A DNA stretch of 64,000 nt from an uncultured Verrucomicrobiota bacterium. GTDB lineage: Bacteria > Verrucomicrobiota > Verrucomicrobiia > Limisphaerales > AAA164-E04. The notes beneath the pieces are model-generated. The model was not told where the DNA came from, ran no database searches, and saw nothing but the letters and a program-made list of their open reading frames with translations. Positions 50,201 to 53,856 of this stretch are shown here, piece by piece. A program made the translations under genes and the position numbers. Within the stretch, counting starts at the first letter, position 1, and every line of letters starts with the position of its first letter. The stretch lies in contig CAYFGX010000013.1 in NCBI GenBank assembly GCA_964342405.1, positions 87,098 through 151,097 of the forward strand, given 5' to 3'.

Positions 50201-53124
50201 CGTTGATCCTCGCCTCAGGTGAGGAAAGTGCCGTGGTTACCTGGGAGAACCCGGTCGTGTCTGACAATGTGGCTGTCACAAGCAGTGTTGCCAGCCCGAG
50301 TTCCGGAAGTTCATTCGAGATTGGTGTTCACACCATTACCTTGACGGCCAGCGATCTCGCGGGAAATGAGACCGTGGAGAGCTTCGTTGTTTTTGTCCTT
50401 CCAACCGGAAACATTATCAACGTTTCGCCCTCTGAGAGTGGGGCGATGATTGCTGCGGATTCGAGTCTCTCTCTAACCGGTGACCTGGATCTGGCTTCCC
50501 ATACCGTCGATGAGGACAGCATTCGTGTTCACTTGTCTCAGAGCGGTGGGTTTCGGTCCGGGGATCGGGGTTTCGAGTCTGTTACGGGCGTTAGAGAGCG
50601 GGTGGAGATTCAGCCCAAAAAAGCATTCAAAGCGGGTGAGCGCGTTTCAATCACGTCGACCCGATCACTGAAAAACCGTCTAGGCGGACCGATGAACGCG
50701 CGGACCTGGCAGTTCCTCGCGGGAGTTGATAGTTCGGAGGGAGCCCTGATTCCGCCCCTCGGCCCAGTAGCGGATGCCGACGGAGAAATGGTCGCCTTGG
50801 GTGACTTTGATGGGGACGGAGATCTCGATTGTTTCTTGGCGAGTACTGCTGCTGACCGAGTGCTTCTTAATGACGGCCTGGGAAGTTTTAGTGACACAGG
50901 GCAACGATTGGGACAATCGCCAAGTCAGCCCAAAGACGTGGATCTTGGAGATCTTGATGGGGATGGGGATGTCGATGTTGTGGTGACAGGGCTCGGTAGC
51001 CACGGGACGCAAGTGTATCTGAATGATGGTCAGGGAGGCTTTCAAGATCAGGGCCAAGTGTTTCTCGATGGCGTCTTCTACGCAGCCGAACTGGGTGATC
51101 TTGATTCCGATGGAGATCTCGATCTGTTCCTTGCGAATTACGACGGAGCGGATCGAGTTTACCTTAATGACGGATTCGCCACATTCAATGACGGAGGGCA
51201 AATGCTAGGGAACATCGACCGGGGTGGTGTCACCGGTTGGAGCGTGTCTGTCGATGCGAGCATTGGAGATGTAGACCGAGATGGGGATCTCGACATCGTG
51301 GTTAGTGAGTTCGATGGCTATTGGTATCAATTGACCAATGATGGGACCGGGAATTTCAGTGCGATGCGATTGCCGACAATGCCCTTTGGGCAGCAGAGAA
51401 AGATTGAATTGGCTGATCTGGATGGAGATGGCGATCTGGATGCGATGAGCCTTTACGGGACGGGTTATGCCGTTTGGGGTCGAGATTCTGAAGGAGCCTT
51501 GAGTGTCGTCGATCAGTTTGATCCAGAGGTGATGGATGCCATGGCACTGGGGGACATCGACGGCGATGGCGATCTCGACATGGTGATCAGCGGGCAGGAT
51601 CGAGGCTACAAGTTCTGGATGAATGACGGAACAGGAGCCTTTGAAGTCGGACCTCGAGTAGATGGAAGTTTGAACCTGGGGCTTGCCCTTGGGGATATTG
51701 ATGGTGATGGGGATTTGGATCTGATAGGGAATCAGTCTTGGTGCTACAACCAGCATGCAGTGCTTGCGGATAAGGCTTACACCATTTCCGAAGAGGAGAA
51801 CATCTCGCTGGAAGCAGCTGATTTTGCTGCGCTGCGTGAGGACGGGGACGGTCCGAGTTTCGCTGGGATTCAAATCAGTAAGGTGCCAACAAAAGGGACC
51901 CTTGTGACCGGTGGCGTCACGCTGAAAGACGGTGACGTACTTGTCCCGAGCACAATGCAGAGCCTGGAGTACGTGCCAAACGAAGGAAGTGTTGGGGAAG
52001 ACTCGTTTGAGTGGGATGCCACCGATGGGTTGGCATACTCGGAGAATCCAGCAACCATTTCGATCACCATTACGCCCTCAAGCATTCCCGCAATTGTAGG
52101 GCGGAATATCTTCTACAATAATTCTTCCTTTGATCAGAACGATAGCGCGATCAACGAGCACGATGACTCTGCTGTCGCAACGAACAAGAGTGCTCTTCGG
52201 AACGGCCAAATGGGGACGCTCTCGCATGTGAGCAACTATAGCAAGGGGCTCAACGGGGTCATGATCGACGTGGAAAATATTCCCGACACGATCAGCCTTG
52301 CTGATTTTAGTTTCAAGGTGGGGAACGACAATGATCCCGCCAATTGGGTTGCTGGCCCAACACCCGCTCAGCTTCTCTTTCGTGCCGGGGCAGGGACTGG
52401 CGGTTCTGACCGTATTACTCTGGTATGGATCGATAATAACAGAGACGGCGTTGACGATGTCAATGAGGCTCCTCATGGGAAGTGGATGCAAATCACTGTC
52501 CTCGCAAATGCTTCCACGGGCCTTGCTGCTGATGACGTGTTCTACTTTGGGAATGCCATAGGGGAAACAGGGAATGCCCCTGGAAGTGCCCGGGTGACGA
52601 CTGCTGATGTGCTCTTGGTTCGAAACAATCCAAAGTCGTTCCTATCACCGGCCTTGATCACAGATCCTCATGACATAGACCGAGATGCGCGAGTGAACGG
52701 GGTCGACGTGCTGTTGGCCAGGAATCACATGACAAGTTTTCTCAATGAGCTTCAACTTATTGATCTCACCGGTTTGATCGCAGCCGATTCAGCGATAGGT
52801 GGTGGAGTAGAAGTGGACGCATCGCTCCCAGCTCAAGCTGAGATTGCCAAGGCGTTAGATGCTTTGACTGCCCGAGAATCCATCTCCGAGGTGAGGCCTC
52901 CAAGCCTTTCTTTGGATCCGTCGGGACAGATTAAGATTACCTTCCCGGGCGTCTCTGGAGGAAGTTATTCGGTTTTCTATAAGGACGGCATGGATCGGCC
53001 TGACTGGCGTGAGTTAAGCGCAGATGTTGTCGAAGTGTCCCCGGGGTGGTTTGTCGTCATGGACTCCACCGAGTCTCCAAGTCGCTTTTACCAATTTAAG
53101 TTGAATCATTCAGAACATGAATAG
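29227..53124 (+). CDS. giant secreted multidomain surface/adhesin-like protein (7,965 aa): signal peptide, 10x [right-handed beta-helix (Pmp-like) + Ig-like], HYR x8, FG-GAP/VCBS propellers, discoidin, cadherin-like domains, C-terminal dockerin-like module
   Basis: Single uninterrupted 23.9 kb ORF. GTG start at 29227 is the only in-frame start upstream of the signal peptide (LICLRSAVVGLALLLSIGAEGA). Domain evidence is given in the separate domain features. Confidence 0.9.
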   Translation: MFDFDSILRRGFRALTGDADINFKPKRELICLRSAVVGLALLLSIGAEGAVTRVYVDQSAAAGGDGTSWQAAFRELRYALLALGPNPDVLTEQEPVEIRIASGTYLPAATSSSEDRYKSFDFSGWYDMTVIGGFPVGGGGLATVNPRTNVTVLSGDLDGDGTPENNSYNVVTAKDNINLTFQGLVIEHGNTVYRKDDVAGVQKNQIVNLQRARTEAALRGFDLRGNLPSIGPGWIKIQAPNLSSVYNSRTPFGGWNEGDLPWLKKLSSASASPATWAFNQELFISSNRISDENGHEFPDPFNPLMKLDAIERYEGDFQIERPFSSGRRVFPFDIIPFEEDGMPGPRFEERNKDYLFAASLDDVNPFSHVAKPGFDRVSGLNRAYHDAIHRRGNGGGVRSFRCWRLLFQDCVFRFNSADAYGGAVFSKHSSVTYQNCVALRNRSGASGGAFCHLEDSFKFFECEFLKNEAVEGGGLYTLWEGDDYKSPSSDDLVGDAIALSQDTSRFARNVKRGLIAGAIRAAARDTVIQAVKNQFKNEAKEALFETFKDKYKSELTGKEIAKNLAKAVAYQGTKYFHQWLEEEGCGNNSDCIAYARFMNNVFKIVDLVLYWTDVFNLFNELKDFAEETNKSPDEVEEERRRAEEARLAAVLLERRQDFNSEARSIVRDCLFVENVSALGGVGIRSLHTNIRIDRTQFLNNRSTGASLLVGERRDDYEWGGAIHGSHYCDFLVSNCLFRGNRTHSGLASAIILRVNSSLFAEYCTLHNNKADEGFGSAFYGLTGVSSWFENSIFWGNRNSEFDVVGPADIQSITYDALPGEIKTRMANNGLDASDFGSSVAHLGDSFIESYPGSLGEGVQDKGGNTGVDPVLTADSRPQWNSPLLGYIPIRPVELREYSEKIEYIGNGFYGAVTNPGDVKDVLGVPRLHGSYADIGCFERAVVPARIYVGGAGVVGGQRGDSWSSGMADLATALDVIDHIVPAETEIWVREGVYQSPKDDGDPQDIAFRTHGHRNLRLYGGFEGDEMLADPSAFHLDVMEVCCRAELPVEGRNLIVFASVENQSEDWIRIFDSIGERVADFAVGSDVAWNFDKTRLSRSTPNLDQMRTIFGKLKSLLGLKQPDISLCLDGESDWIFGAEFDARLDLMEVERVSEIPDRGRSGIVVSRIIESGLLHFRVFDCVGRVVVDGLQTELDDPSDLVDSISLDLAGYWSSNPNTSEKADAIEEVMAFAQNEVGLKVRDSSSGTHQTTISGEHGASGDPSDNRKRLFSIDHDGRRRLKTLVVDGVTFKGAREGAFGLNPDSTQTLFRDCRFIENYNLSPTGRGGAIENQGDLTVFGSEFVGNYARKGGAIHSLGGRTTVLSSRFIDNVAEYRPNDAALIFEASAAGGAIYLDHSPATVQSSIFHGNQAIGIKAVGGAIAVSPDTQGTHADTFLTHCTIVGNQVVSGAGRVGAKPLGGGAGLFVNAFDYTQGATFIDGSIFWDNEVQGSEQVYPLPERQIDTQGKGYEILNSVVQGAATDALANVRSVNPSFDATSGDEFRLEDFSPLLNEISDSSPSFSGDAFDLLGRPTDDDFTVTLSPLDSLQEKRLFGAKRDLGAFELQSASASIGVPQSFYDAGLQLFGLSSVGFNNGPGERIRWQQFDGSGDPLLNSGDWIDLPDGADLDYVSSDSRSLLFRRNVSNYGDRYYRAVITRANGREIFSPPALFDAPILYVDHDAAGNNTGKSWTHAFTSLQDALAAARVSAGCREIWVAQGTYYPTGTFDRTISFEMVNGVGIYGGFEGGEALRVDSQRDASRTILSGDIGARNIKADNSYVVVRNAVAHGSRATLGPASILDGFVIEEGNANGQVFVADSQGGGMLNERSSPTLRNLIIQSNYANEGGGVANLDAEPTFINCTISNNTAEYGAGMFSRGGRINLDRCFIASNTAHARGGGLQSIDAIVALSFCEVRSNDGGGILHSRGQFDIRDSLVATNVGVHDAAGILVSDGGTGSVINCTVVYNRLDASGTPGLSRSGDDGQLFRVANSILWGNHFTSSRISEASANHQISGALNQTKCLVQNGGFGFDPLFVDDENGNYRLSVFSPAINSGDNAEVTDTLNSRDLDGGDSFRVQETTVDLGCYEFQTQTGGQLYFSSLPQSGAIESGKDLSMRLGNGQSAESFIIERIKDGVVATVIDDSFHVIRRNSNGLSLTLVSLDPSLDGAQYRFRDTSSESGFVSDVYELNVPSPIFVDGRVASSGNGRSWVSAKKTIRAALSVAVSGQQIWIAEGTYYPVDQASTDRTASLSLPQGVSLIGGFAGDEVSLSEREWERHPTRLSGDIGQVGVADDNSRVLLQVIGDVHGTPVSLETVIDGLIFSDGNQNLTRWDAALNLKGASPLVRNCRFENNRGYLGGAVTLDNSDAILFNCLFAGNLARNGGGGIYLRSGAGQIINCTVVGNQGGTISGGGGVLADASFTGQIVNTILWSNTDRRETNTGPSTVEQMQVRGTTMVSHSIVQGLDALAGSNNLGIDPLFLDLSLEDYRLNPFSPAVDAGDPAARLWDGLDAAGSSRVFNRGGGGIVDIGAYEAQSSARAPIGLVQSYDVGVITGSGRLDVKTLSGEANRYSWQVDRGDGAGFVALAGDGFHRITRTDTQLTLEILGAIQSMRGYRYRYVVANTTPSFVGSPVRLEVVPPVRVDSTIVSKLTAAQLDTRIEDGSSWLNAYVSLTDALNQVSRGGEIWVAEGIYYPSDPTAGRRDQAFAMRPDVGIYGGFKGFGANAESLRSERDPVLNRSILSGDIGVLNDPTDNSFNVIRNQGLTEALDRDSVLDGFVIVGAYREASANFDLSDGGAIHNQSNHPTIRNCVIEGNLGQRGGGIANYDSAPLISRVEVRNNRAATGAGLYNHYSSPRIENCLIAGNTASGDANRFGGGVFNDVSSAPTFLFCTVSANQSPFGGAGIGNDSSASPIIANSILWGNLSGDIAGTSLFGGTPTVSFSTVQASPSPAGTGNQNFNPLFQAWRTQDYSLSPFSPALDSASTSVAMEDTAFLDLSGAPRVSGAQSDLGCYELDLSSGRKSPIMLTSAPEQGFSMGSTEFPVIGHPAALVQWEMDLTNDNVVSFVPLIESPNRQLRTTASASTLEVIEPTAAASFRFKAVQNGEVFVSEAFSVAVMDPILVKSDASGVEDGKTWGTAFRTLTSALAQASLGQEIWVAAGVYFPTSGRDASVAFEMKDRVAIYGGFDGTESNRDSRDWLSNVTVLSGNIGELSVESDNSLHVLSNRDLSRRAVLDGFVIEGAFGGAAMLNRNASPTVRHCVFRDNQSLVTGAGIVNVLGAPLIEASSFYRNRGLRGGALESLGAGSFPEVVNSLFYENEAVSDGGAIFNEDGGRFVNVTVAFNRTGELVGGMDNAKANAVTVSNSILWGNQPSFSNRSQVLSGQIRKGTILQSIVQGMAIPGEDGNSGLDPLFVNPAFGMFQLSGFSPGIDAGNSSYLDDRFSKDLMNRDRRFAGTTVDLGAYEFQGARVGDIGLFQAFTDTTLLGGGTLRVRVPSGQGAKVEWLQDVGAGFVPVVMDSVHSVLIDDESSALRILNPAIDLNGARYAFQIVVPSAGTFQSGSATLKVFAPLLVDASVTPVASGRDTNGVYQSLQQALAEVSEGGAIWVAAGTYTPTGIDSGDRSASFGLVPGVSVLGGFESGQLPAQWSAASRDPDQFVTRLSGEIGDPNLRTDNSFRVIDNDGRTRDLGERTILDGFVVEGGYGTNGVGMRNVDASPVIRDCVFRDHYASASGAAVENQGTSAPLIAACRFYDNESGSTGGAISNFGSGNPLVVNSVFQGNRSGGAGGAIYSEALAAVINGTFTLNHSGGLGGAVFGLTPDSVEVVNSILWGNTATEEVSVEQGQVFGAAVTDSIVHGLEKLAGNRNIALDPLFIDPSQYDLRLSVYSPAVDQGAAGKDPSGQTTDAWKQPRVFGSQVDLGAFEVPSVSPGALGIIEGYSVVELAEGETVLRLRVAAGSVGSIVWQVDRGAGFEDLVSDAVHELLVSGEVVQLKIVSPSFSMNGFRYRYRVNGTAPEFVSFPVTLKVAPAIRVSQATGSDDNDGLSWGQAVKSIQKALSLVTTNGEIWVAAGTYYPTDGGNTGRGTSFQFGQRVSVYGGFRGDEGTRAARDWRLNPTILSGDIGNIGDDSDNSYHVLEHRSSEGLNGTHLDGVIVQDGHASGSGYQQDYGGGIFVHSGTLTLRNTMIRENKASWRGGAVAIEQGKLQLEGALIYNNSAVSSAGAIVLLSGDVTLTNTTVTENTSGSRTAGIDVFPGGRLTVSNSILHNNRTSGAASDLETQQLSGNASVFNSIVEGLNRYRSANSFAIDPLFADPENDDFSLSAFSGAIGRGSNASLPTGYTTDLDGVARVLPANDRTVDMGAYEYSGAAAGGLEVVQFPSFDSLIGGGELKVVVTPSFRNRIIWQIDRGDGTFVDLVADSVHSVVFGADSSTLKVSFPDAHLAGARYRFRVSGTSPEYVSESASLRLLPVLKVDADAAAGGDGLSWTTAFRTIQEAFAALPTVGLREIWVAEGTYYPSLTNARGDSFELQNNLRIYGGFQGGDDSEALSDRDWKSYPTILSGNIGSSSSSSDNSKRIIHNRGSSQINASAVLDGFVIEAGNGDNGAGIYNYAASPTIRNCHFRNNVVTSLGGAMYCIDSSPIVSDCIFENNEAQMGGSVRLSSGAAEFRRCQFLGGRASLGGGLSVGNSPALFENCLFAGNHATGSGGNYGGAIAVSYVDATGKTRFLNCTVVDNTSAGGAAGIELSPTPFGPVEVHNSILWNNLARGVANFDSQLKGNGITIRHSMVNGISDFGGNIASPPDFVAPSQKDYRLTACSFGINQGNNAAIPLPSLDLAGNARLFDGQAESDVVDMGAYELAGEVPANRLVLNASPVSRGVQEGGNASFSVTAVGDAVTYQWQSDDKGNGVFANLSDTAPYSGVTSSSLSVTAIPATLNGTQYRCVVTAASGCQEISESASLGVRFSTLFVDVDVTGNGDGSSWENAFTDLQASIATAAALNTEVEIWVAEGTYYPAGINSGNRDASFMMYPNVSLLGGFSGAEEAASERDWERNLSILSGDIGVANDNTDNSKHVVFASGPDIQKTLGPSAILDGFIVEKGYGPGGSGLHVDGASPTIRNVVFRGHVSTAKGGAIYIDREVEGFTQDSSPSFESCRFENNTAQSGGGAVFGIHMGNQRFQECVFENNRTLSGRGGAASFETKPFVAASNLQFLSCSFVGNQSTGPGGAMAVDQEDGELNLRNCFFGGNRATSGAGGALSLGLEGGSTNESFVVGCTFLANRARWGGGAISNRVRNFEMHNSIIWNNRDTSGTGGNRALDVSSDQSIIRQQVTIKSSSLENYAGIKGLIEERLDPYTPTSFTKFVAIGNLSVDPLFVQMGDPDVAPSVSVSPEINWCSPVIDRGFTTELVGSDRDVTGNSRRFRRGAPDIGAYELQEERIPSISIVSHPEDAYSSPSGTAVFSVIARGSFDSYLWQQDLGDGAGWMGLQESATYQNVGTDTLTIVGPALLLDQSSYRCVVSSAVGCAPISSNGADLFVDSTPPSITGMPDTIYLYPASGDRSAEATWTEPVASDNYAVATLVHDGPQDRVFAEGTTTVTYTATDLAGNVRTAKFDVIVTPLIAAILPSPKPGGAVDQNSEFVSIEFDQSIAGSSLGDQSVFVYGSQSGRSSIGNGGLDSLEANGAAIRIQDLESFYPGESVQVTFTDKVMSTRTHAMEPYIWSFQMANRSSDGGFDLDLESIMPNADLIPKLGDLDEDGDLDLWLADPMGGSRWMRNDGSGVFADAGQSMGSAKVNSVELLDLDGDGDLDGVVLTEVGLAIECWMNDGNGVFTSRVNSVGTGDVRDLAVGDFNGDGVLDLFAAHHDAPSEYWKNDGTGFFSVEWSTPGSERASGIEAGDLDLDGDLDVILTRVDSLGASQSDQVYLNRMRGSFLGPFDLTVSEADITQLGATIDSIDSPRDGDFSVSRMIDGNTGTDTWYEDFNNEPQNALLNISFDSAYYLSRYAITSTIHSWAPASWRVWNFQDGVRTDIDERSGQSFRNMATIANGVPPLNPVDHVWLSLFGQSFARYLMISEIQFYGRALPVAELTSRRILLADIDNDSDLDLISGNPSSTETRVYLNDGSVGRDRVPQFSHGRVLFKGGLEAGSYFGDFDGNQLRDVFALTTAPSGGLESHVLRNEGGGTFSVHQTIVGGKRLALGDIEGDGDLDAVMVVEPGLDGGASAAELIASRYSQLPIASGTKIEILEDHSFSFTRTFFEDRVSDDGAFSGIKIVALPANGSLKLGSATIAVGQLLDPDQLSEFVYVPQRGFSGKNWFEWQARDRSDQLFSASGRVQIKVIPVNDRPIMSSISDRTFDIAKANPWVRYFDPSPGDSDQEWFMELSHDNPQLIRSVTRDVSANDRINRRGKIRFDFVEGQIGSALVTVVVTDDGGTAHGGIDRFVTTFTVTVRDTVNPAIANMPADISVVVGAGSRLVPVTWDPPTLNVNSGLTNLSSSHSSGDLFPIGATPVVYTASDGSGNEETATFTVTVLDQESPMVVNPISSFDVPLPIGDVTAQVYWAPPVFADNDRIKLQGSTHVPGDVFPAGDTAVQYWAEDPSGNRLSSEFVVSVVDRELPVLSGVPSDRTQETDPGLASATVTWLPPVASDNSGSVQLSASHSPGEMFAVGETVVTYAAVDGAGNRTDGDFTVRVVDREAPSYATFPADIDVATDAGLATATVTWVAPVASDNVGVVTSTATQQPGAKFPLGRNVVVYSARDAADNVVTRSLVISVLDQERPSISGLPADISIPVSAGAEGMSIDWVEPTASDNVAVASFTSSHQPGALFPIGLTTVTYTAKDSAGNELSRSFKVQVTDDEAPSFVGSLETVEVPTDPGLASARVTWDAPLVHDNGERVALSYSRAPGSIFPLGTTTVNVTATDISGNQASDSFDVVVVDEESPVFESVPADITLILASGEESAVVTWENPVVSDNVAVTSSVASPSSGSSFEIGVHTITLTASDLAGNETVESFVVFVLPTGNIINVSPSESGAMIAADSSLSLTGDLDLASHTVDEDSIRVHLSQSGGFRSGDRGFESVTGVRERVEIQPKKAFKAGERVSITSTRSLKNRLGGPMNARTWQFLAGVDSSEGALIPPLGPVADADGEMVALGDFDGDGDLDCFLASTAADRVLLNDGLGSFSDTGQRLGQSPSQPKDVDLGDLDGDGDVDVVVTGLGSHGTQVYLNDGQGGFQDQGQVFLDGVFYAAELGDLDSDGDLDLFLANYDGADRVYLNDGFATFNDGGQMLGNIDRGGVTGWSVSVDASIGDVDRDGDLDIVVSEFDGYWYQLTNDGTGNFSAMRLPTMPFGQQRKIELADLDGDGDLDAMSLYGTGYAVWGRDSEGALSVVDQFDPEVMDAMALGDIDGDGDLDMVISGQDRGYKFWMNDGTGAFEVGPRVDGSLNLGLALGDIDGDGDLDLIGNQSWCYNQHAVLADKAYTISEEENISLEAADFAALREDGDGPSFAGIQISKVPTKGTLVTGGVTLKDGDVLVPSTMQSLEYVPNEGSVGEDSFEWDATDGLAYSENPATISITITPSSIPAIVGRNIFYNNSSFDQNDSAINEHDDSAVATNKSALRNGQMGTLSHVSNYSKGLNGVMIDVENIPDTISLADFSFKVGNDNDPANWVAGPTPAQLLFRAGAGTGGSDRITLVWIDNNRDGVDDVNEAPHGKWMQITVLANASTGLAADDVFYFGNAIGETGNAPGSARVTTADVLLVRNNPKSFLSPALITDPHDIDRDARVNGVDVLLARNHMTSFLNELQLIDLTGLIAADSAIGGGVEVDASLPAQAEIAKALDALTARESISEVRPPSLSLDPSGQIKITFPGVSGGSYSVFYKDGMDRPDWRELSADVVEVSPGWFVVMDSTESPSRFYQFKLNHSEHE
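29387..45955 (+). repeat. ten diverged tandem units, each a ~380-aa parallel beta-helix followed by a ~95-aa Ig-like domain
   Basis: Each unit starts with a [IL]xVD..(G)DG.SW..A...L..AL......EIWVA.GTY.P block and a GGF.G box. It carries GGAI/FxxN (chlamydial Pmp-type) repeats and NxxxxGN turns. It ends with VDLGAYE[FL]Q, followed by an Ig-like segment with W[QE]xDxGxGF...RYR. Units start near 29387, 32060, 34360, 35920, 37260, 38700, 40050, 41430, 42760 and 44250. Confidence 0.8.
30750..31230 (+). other. AT-rich, Lys/Glu-rich predicted alpha-helical insertion inside beta-helix unit 1
   Basis: Local drop in GC. The encoded peptide NVKRGLIAGAIRAAARDTVIQAVKNQFKNEAKEALFETFKDKYKSELTGKEIAKNLAKA...EEERRRAEEARLAAVLLERR is unlike the surrounding Gly/Asn/Ser-rich beta-helix. 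Confidence 0.5.
45960..46210 (+). other. HYR (hyalin repeat) domain 1 of the giant protein
   Basis: PSITGMPDTIYLYPASGDRSAEATWTEPVASDNYAVATLVHDGPQDRVFAEGTTTVTYTATDLAGNVRTAKFDVIVT matches the HYR pattern (W..P.A.DN.........G..F..G.T.V.Y.A.D..GN). Confidence 0.7.
46560..47995 (+). repeat. FG-GAP/VCBS calcium-binding repeats (46560-47110 and 47620-47995) flanking a discoidin (F5/8 type C) domain (47160-47600)
   Basis: DxDxDGDLD loops (LGDLDEDGDLDLWLA, LLDLDGDGDLDGVVL, VGDFNGDGVLDLFAA, AGDLDLDGDLDVIL, LADIDNDSDLDLISG, LGDIEGDGDLDAVMVV). Discoidin-like RMIDGNTGTDTWYEDFNNEPQNALLNISFD...ARYLMISEIQFYGR. Confidence 0.65.
48700..50405 (+). repeat. array of seven tandem ~81-aa HYR domains
   Basis: Seven consecutive units share [VI]TWxxPxxSDN...hxxG..FPxGxTxVxYxAxDxxGNxxxxxFxVxVxDxExP (for example ATVTWLPPVASDNSGSVQLSASHSPGEMFAVGETVVTYAAVDGAGNRTDGDFTVRVVDREAP). 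Confidence 0.75.
50760..51760 (+). repeat. seven consecutive FG-GAP repeats (predicted 7-bladed integrin-alpha-like beta-propeller)
   Basis: LGDFDGDGDLDCFLA, LGDLDGDGDVDVVVTG, LGDLDSDGDLDLFLAN, IGDVDRDGDLDIVVSE, LADLDGDGDLDAMSL, LGDIDGDGDLDMVISG and LGDIDGDGDLDLIGN recur at roughly 50-60-aa intervals. Confidence 0.75.
52420..52750 (+). other. dockerin-like module (two Ca-binding-loop + helix segments) near the C-terminus of the giant protein
   Basis: WIDNNRDGVDDVNEAP and DIDRDARVNGVDVLLARNHM resemble dockerin type-I 12-residue EF-hand-like loops followed by a helix. Similarity is inferred by eye only. Confidence 0.4.
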
Positions 53125-53821
53125 AACACAGACCGCTTCACTAGGAGTTCCTTTGAGTATGAGGCTAGCACCAGATTTCCTTCGCTGGATCGGCTTGCTG
53201 TTGCTGCTGCTTGTCAGTTCCGGCAAGGCTCAAGCTGCTTTCATTATTGTTGTGGGCGATCATGAGCTAGCGCCAGGGCTGCCCGACCAAAAAGTAGAAC
53301 TCTATTTCAGCAATACCGCAGCACCGCAGGAGATTGCTGGATTCGACTTCAACATTCAAATGGGGGATGGAGGACCAGAGGCGCCGGGTGGTGCTGTTGA
53401 TGGCCCATCAATTACGAATGTGGATCTAAAAACAAATACGATCTTTGGGGGAGTGGCTGCGACTCAAGTCATGGCTCCAAGTTTGGATCAAGTGCGAGTG
53501 GAGTCGATCACCTTGGATGCAGGGACGGTCTCCGTTCCCGTGGCGACGGATTCGAGTCTGCTGATGGCTACGGTGACCGTTGACACAACCGGCTTCAATA
53601 CACTAGGTGCGAGTTGGTCCTTGAAGATCAACAACACGCTGAACGGGAACTCACAATTCCTAGATGGGGGTGTTAGTGCCGTCGCGATCTCGGAAACTGC
53701 TGGTTCGATCACGATTGCAGCCGTACCAGAGCCTAAGGCTTTTGCTTTGGTTGCGGGGGGCTTTGTCGTTCTCTTCAGATTGTGGGGGCGGAGGCGCGAA
53801 GGGCTCGGCTCGTCTGCCTGA
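53117..53821 (+). CDS. PEP-CTERM sorting-domain protein (exosortase substrate), overlapping the giant gene stop
   Basis: 234 aa. ATG at 53117 overlaps the giant TAG stop (ATGAATAG). N-terminal signal (LLLLLLVSSGKAQA). C-terminus VPEPKAFALVAGGFVVLFRLWGRRREG is a PEP motif, TM helix and Arg cluster. Confidence 0.7.
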   Translation: MNRTQTASLGVPLSMRLAPDFLRWIGLLLLLLVSSGKAQAAFIIVVGDHELAPGLPDQKVELYFSNTAAPQEIAGFDFNIQMGDGGPEAPGGAVDGPSITNVDLKTNTIFGGVAATQVMAPSLDQVRVESITLDAGTVSVPVATDSSLLMATVTVDTTGFNTLGASWSLKINNTLNGNSQFLDGGVSAVAISETAGSITIAAVPEPKAFALVAGGFVVLFRLWGRRREGLGSSA

Positions 53822-53856
53822 TTATTGATGCGGTGAGTGCTGATTGATGGAGCTTG

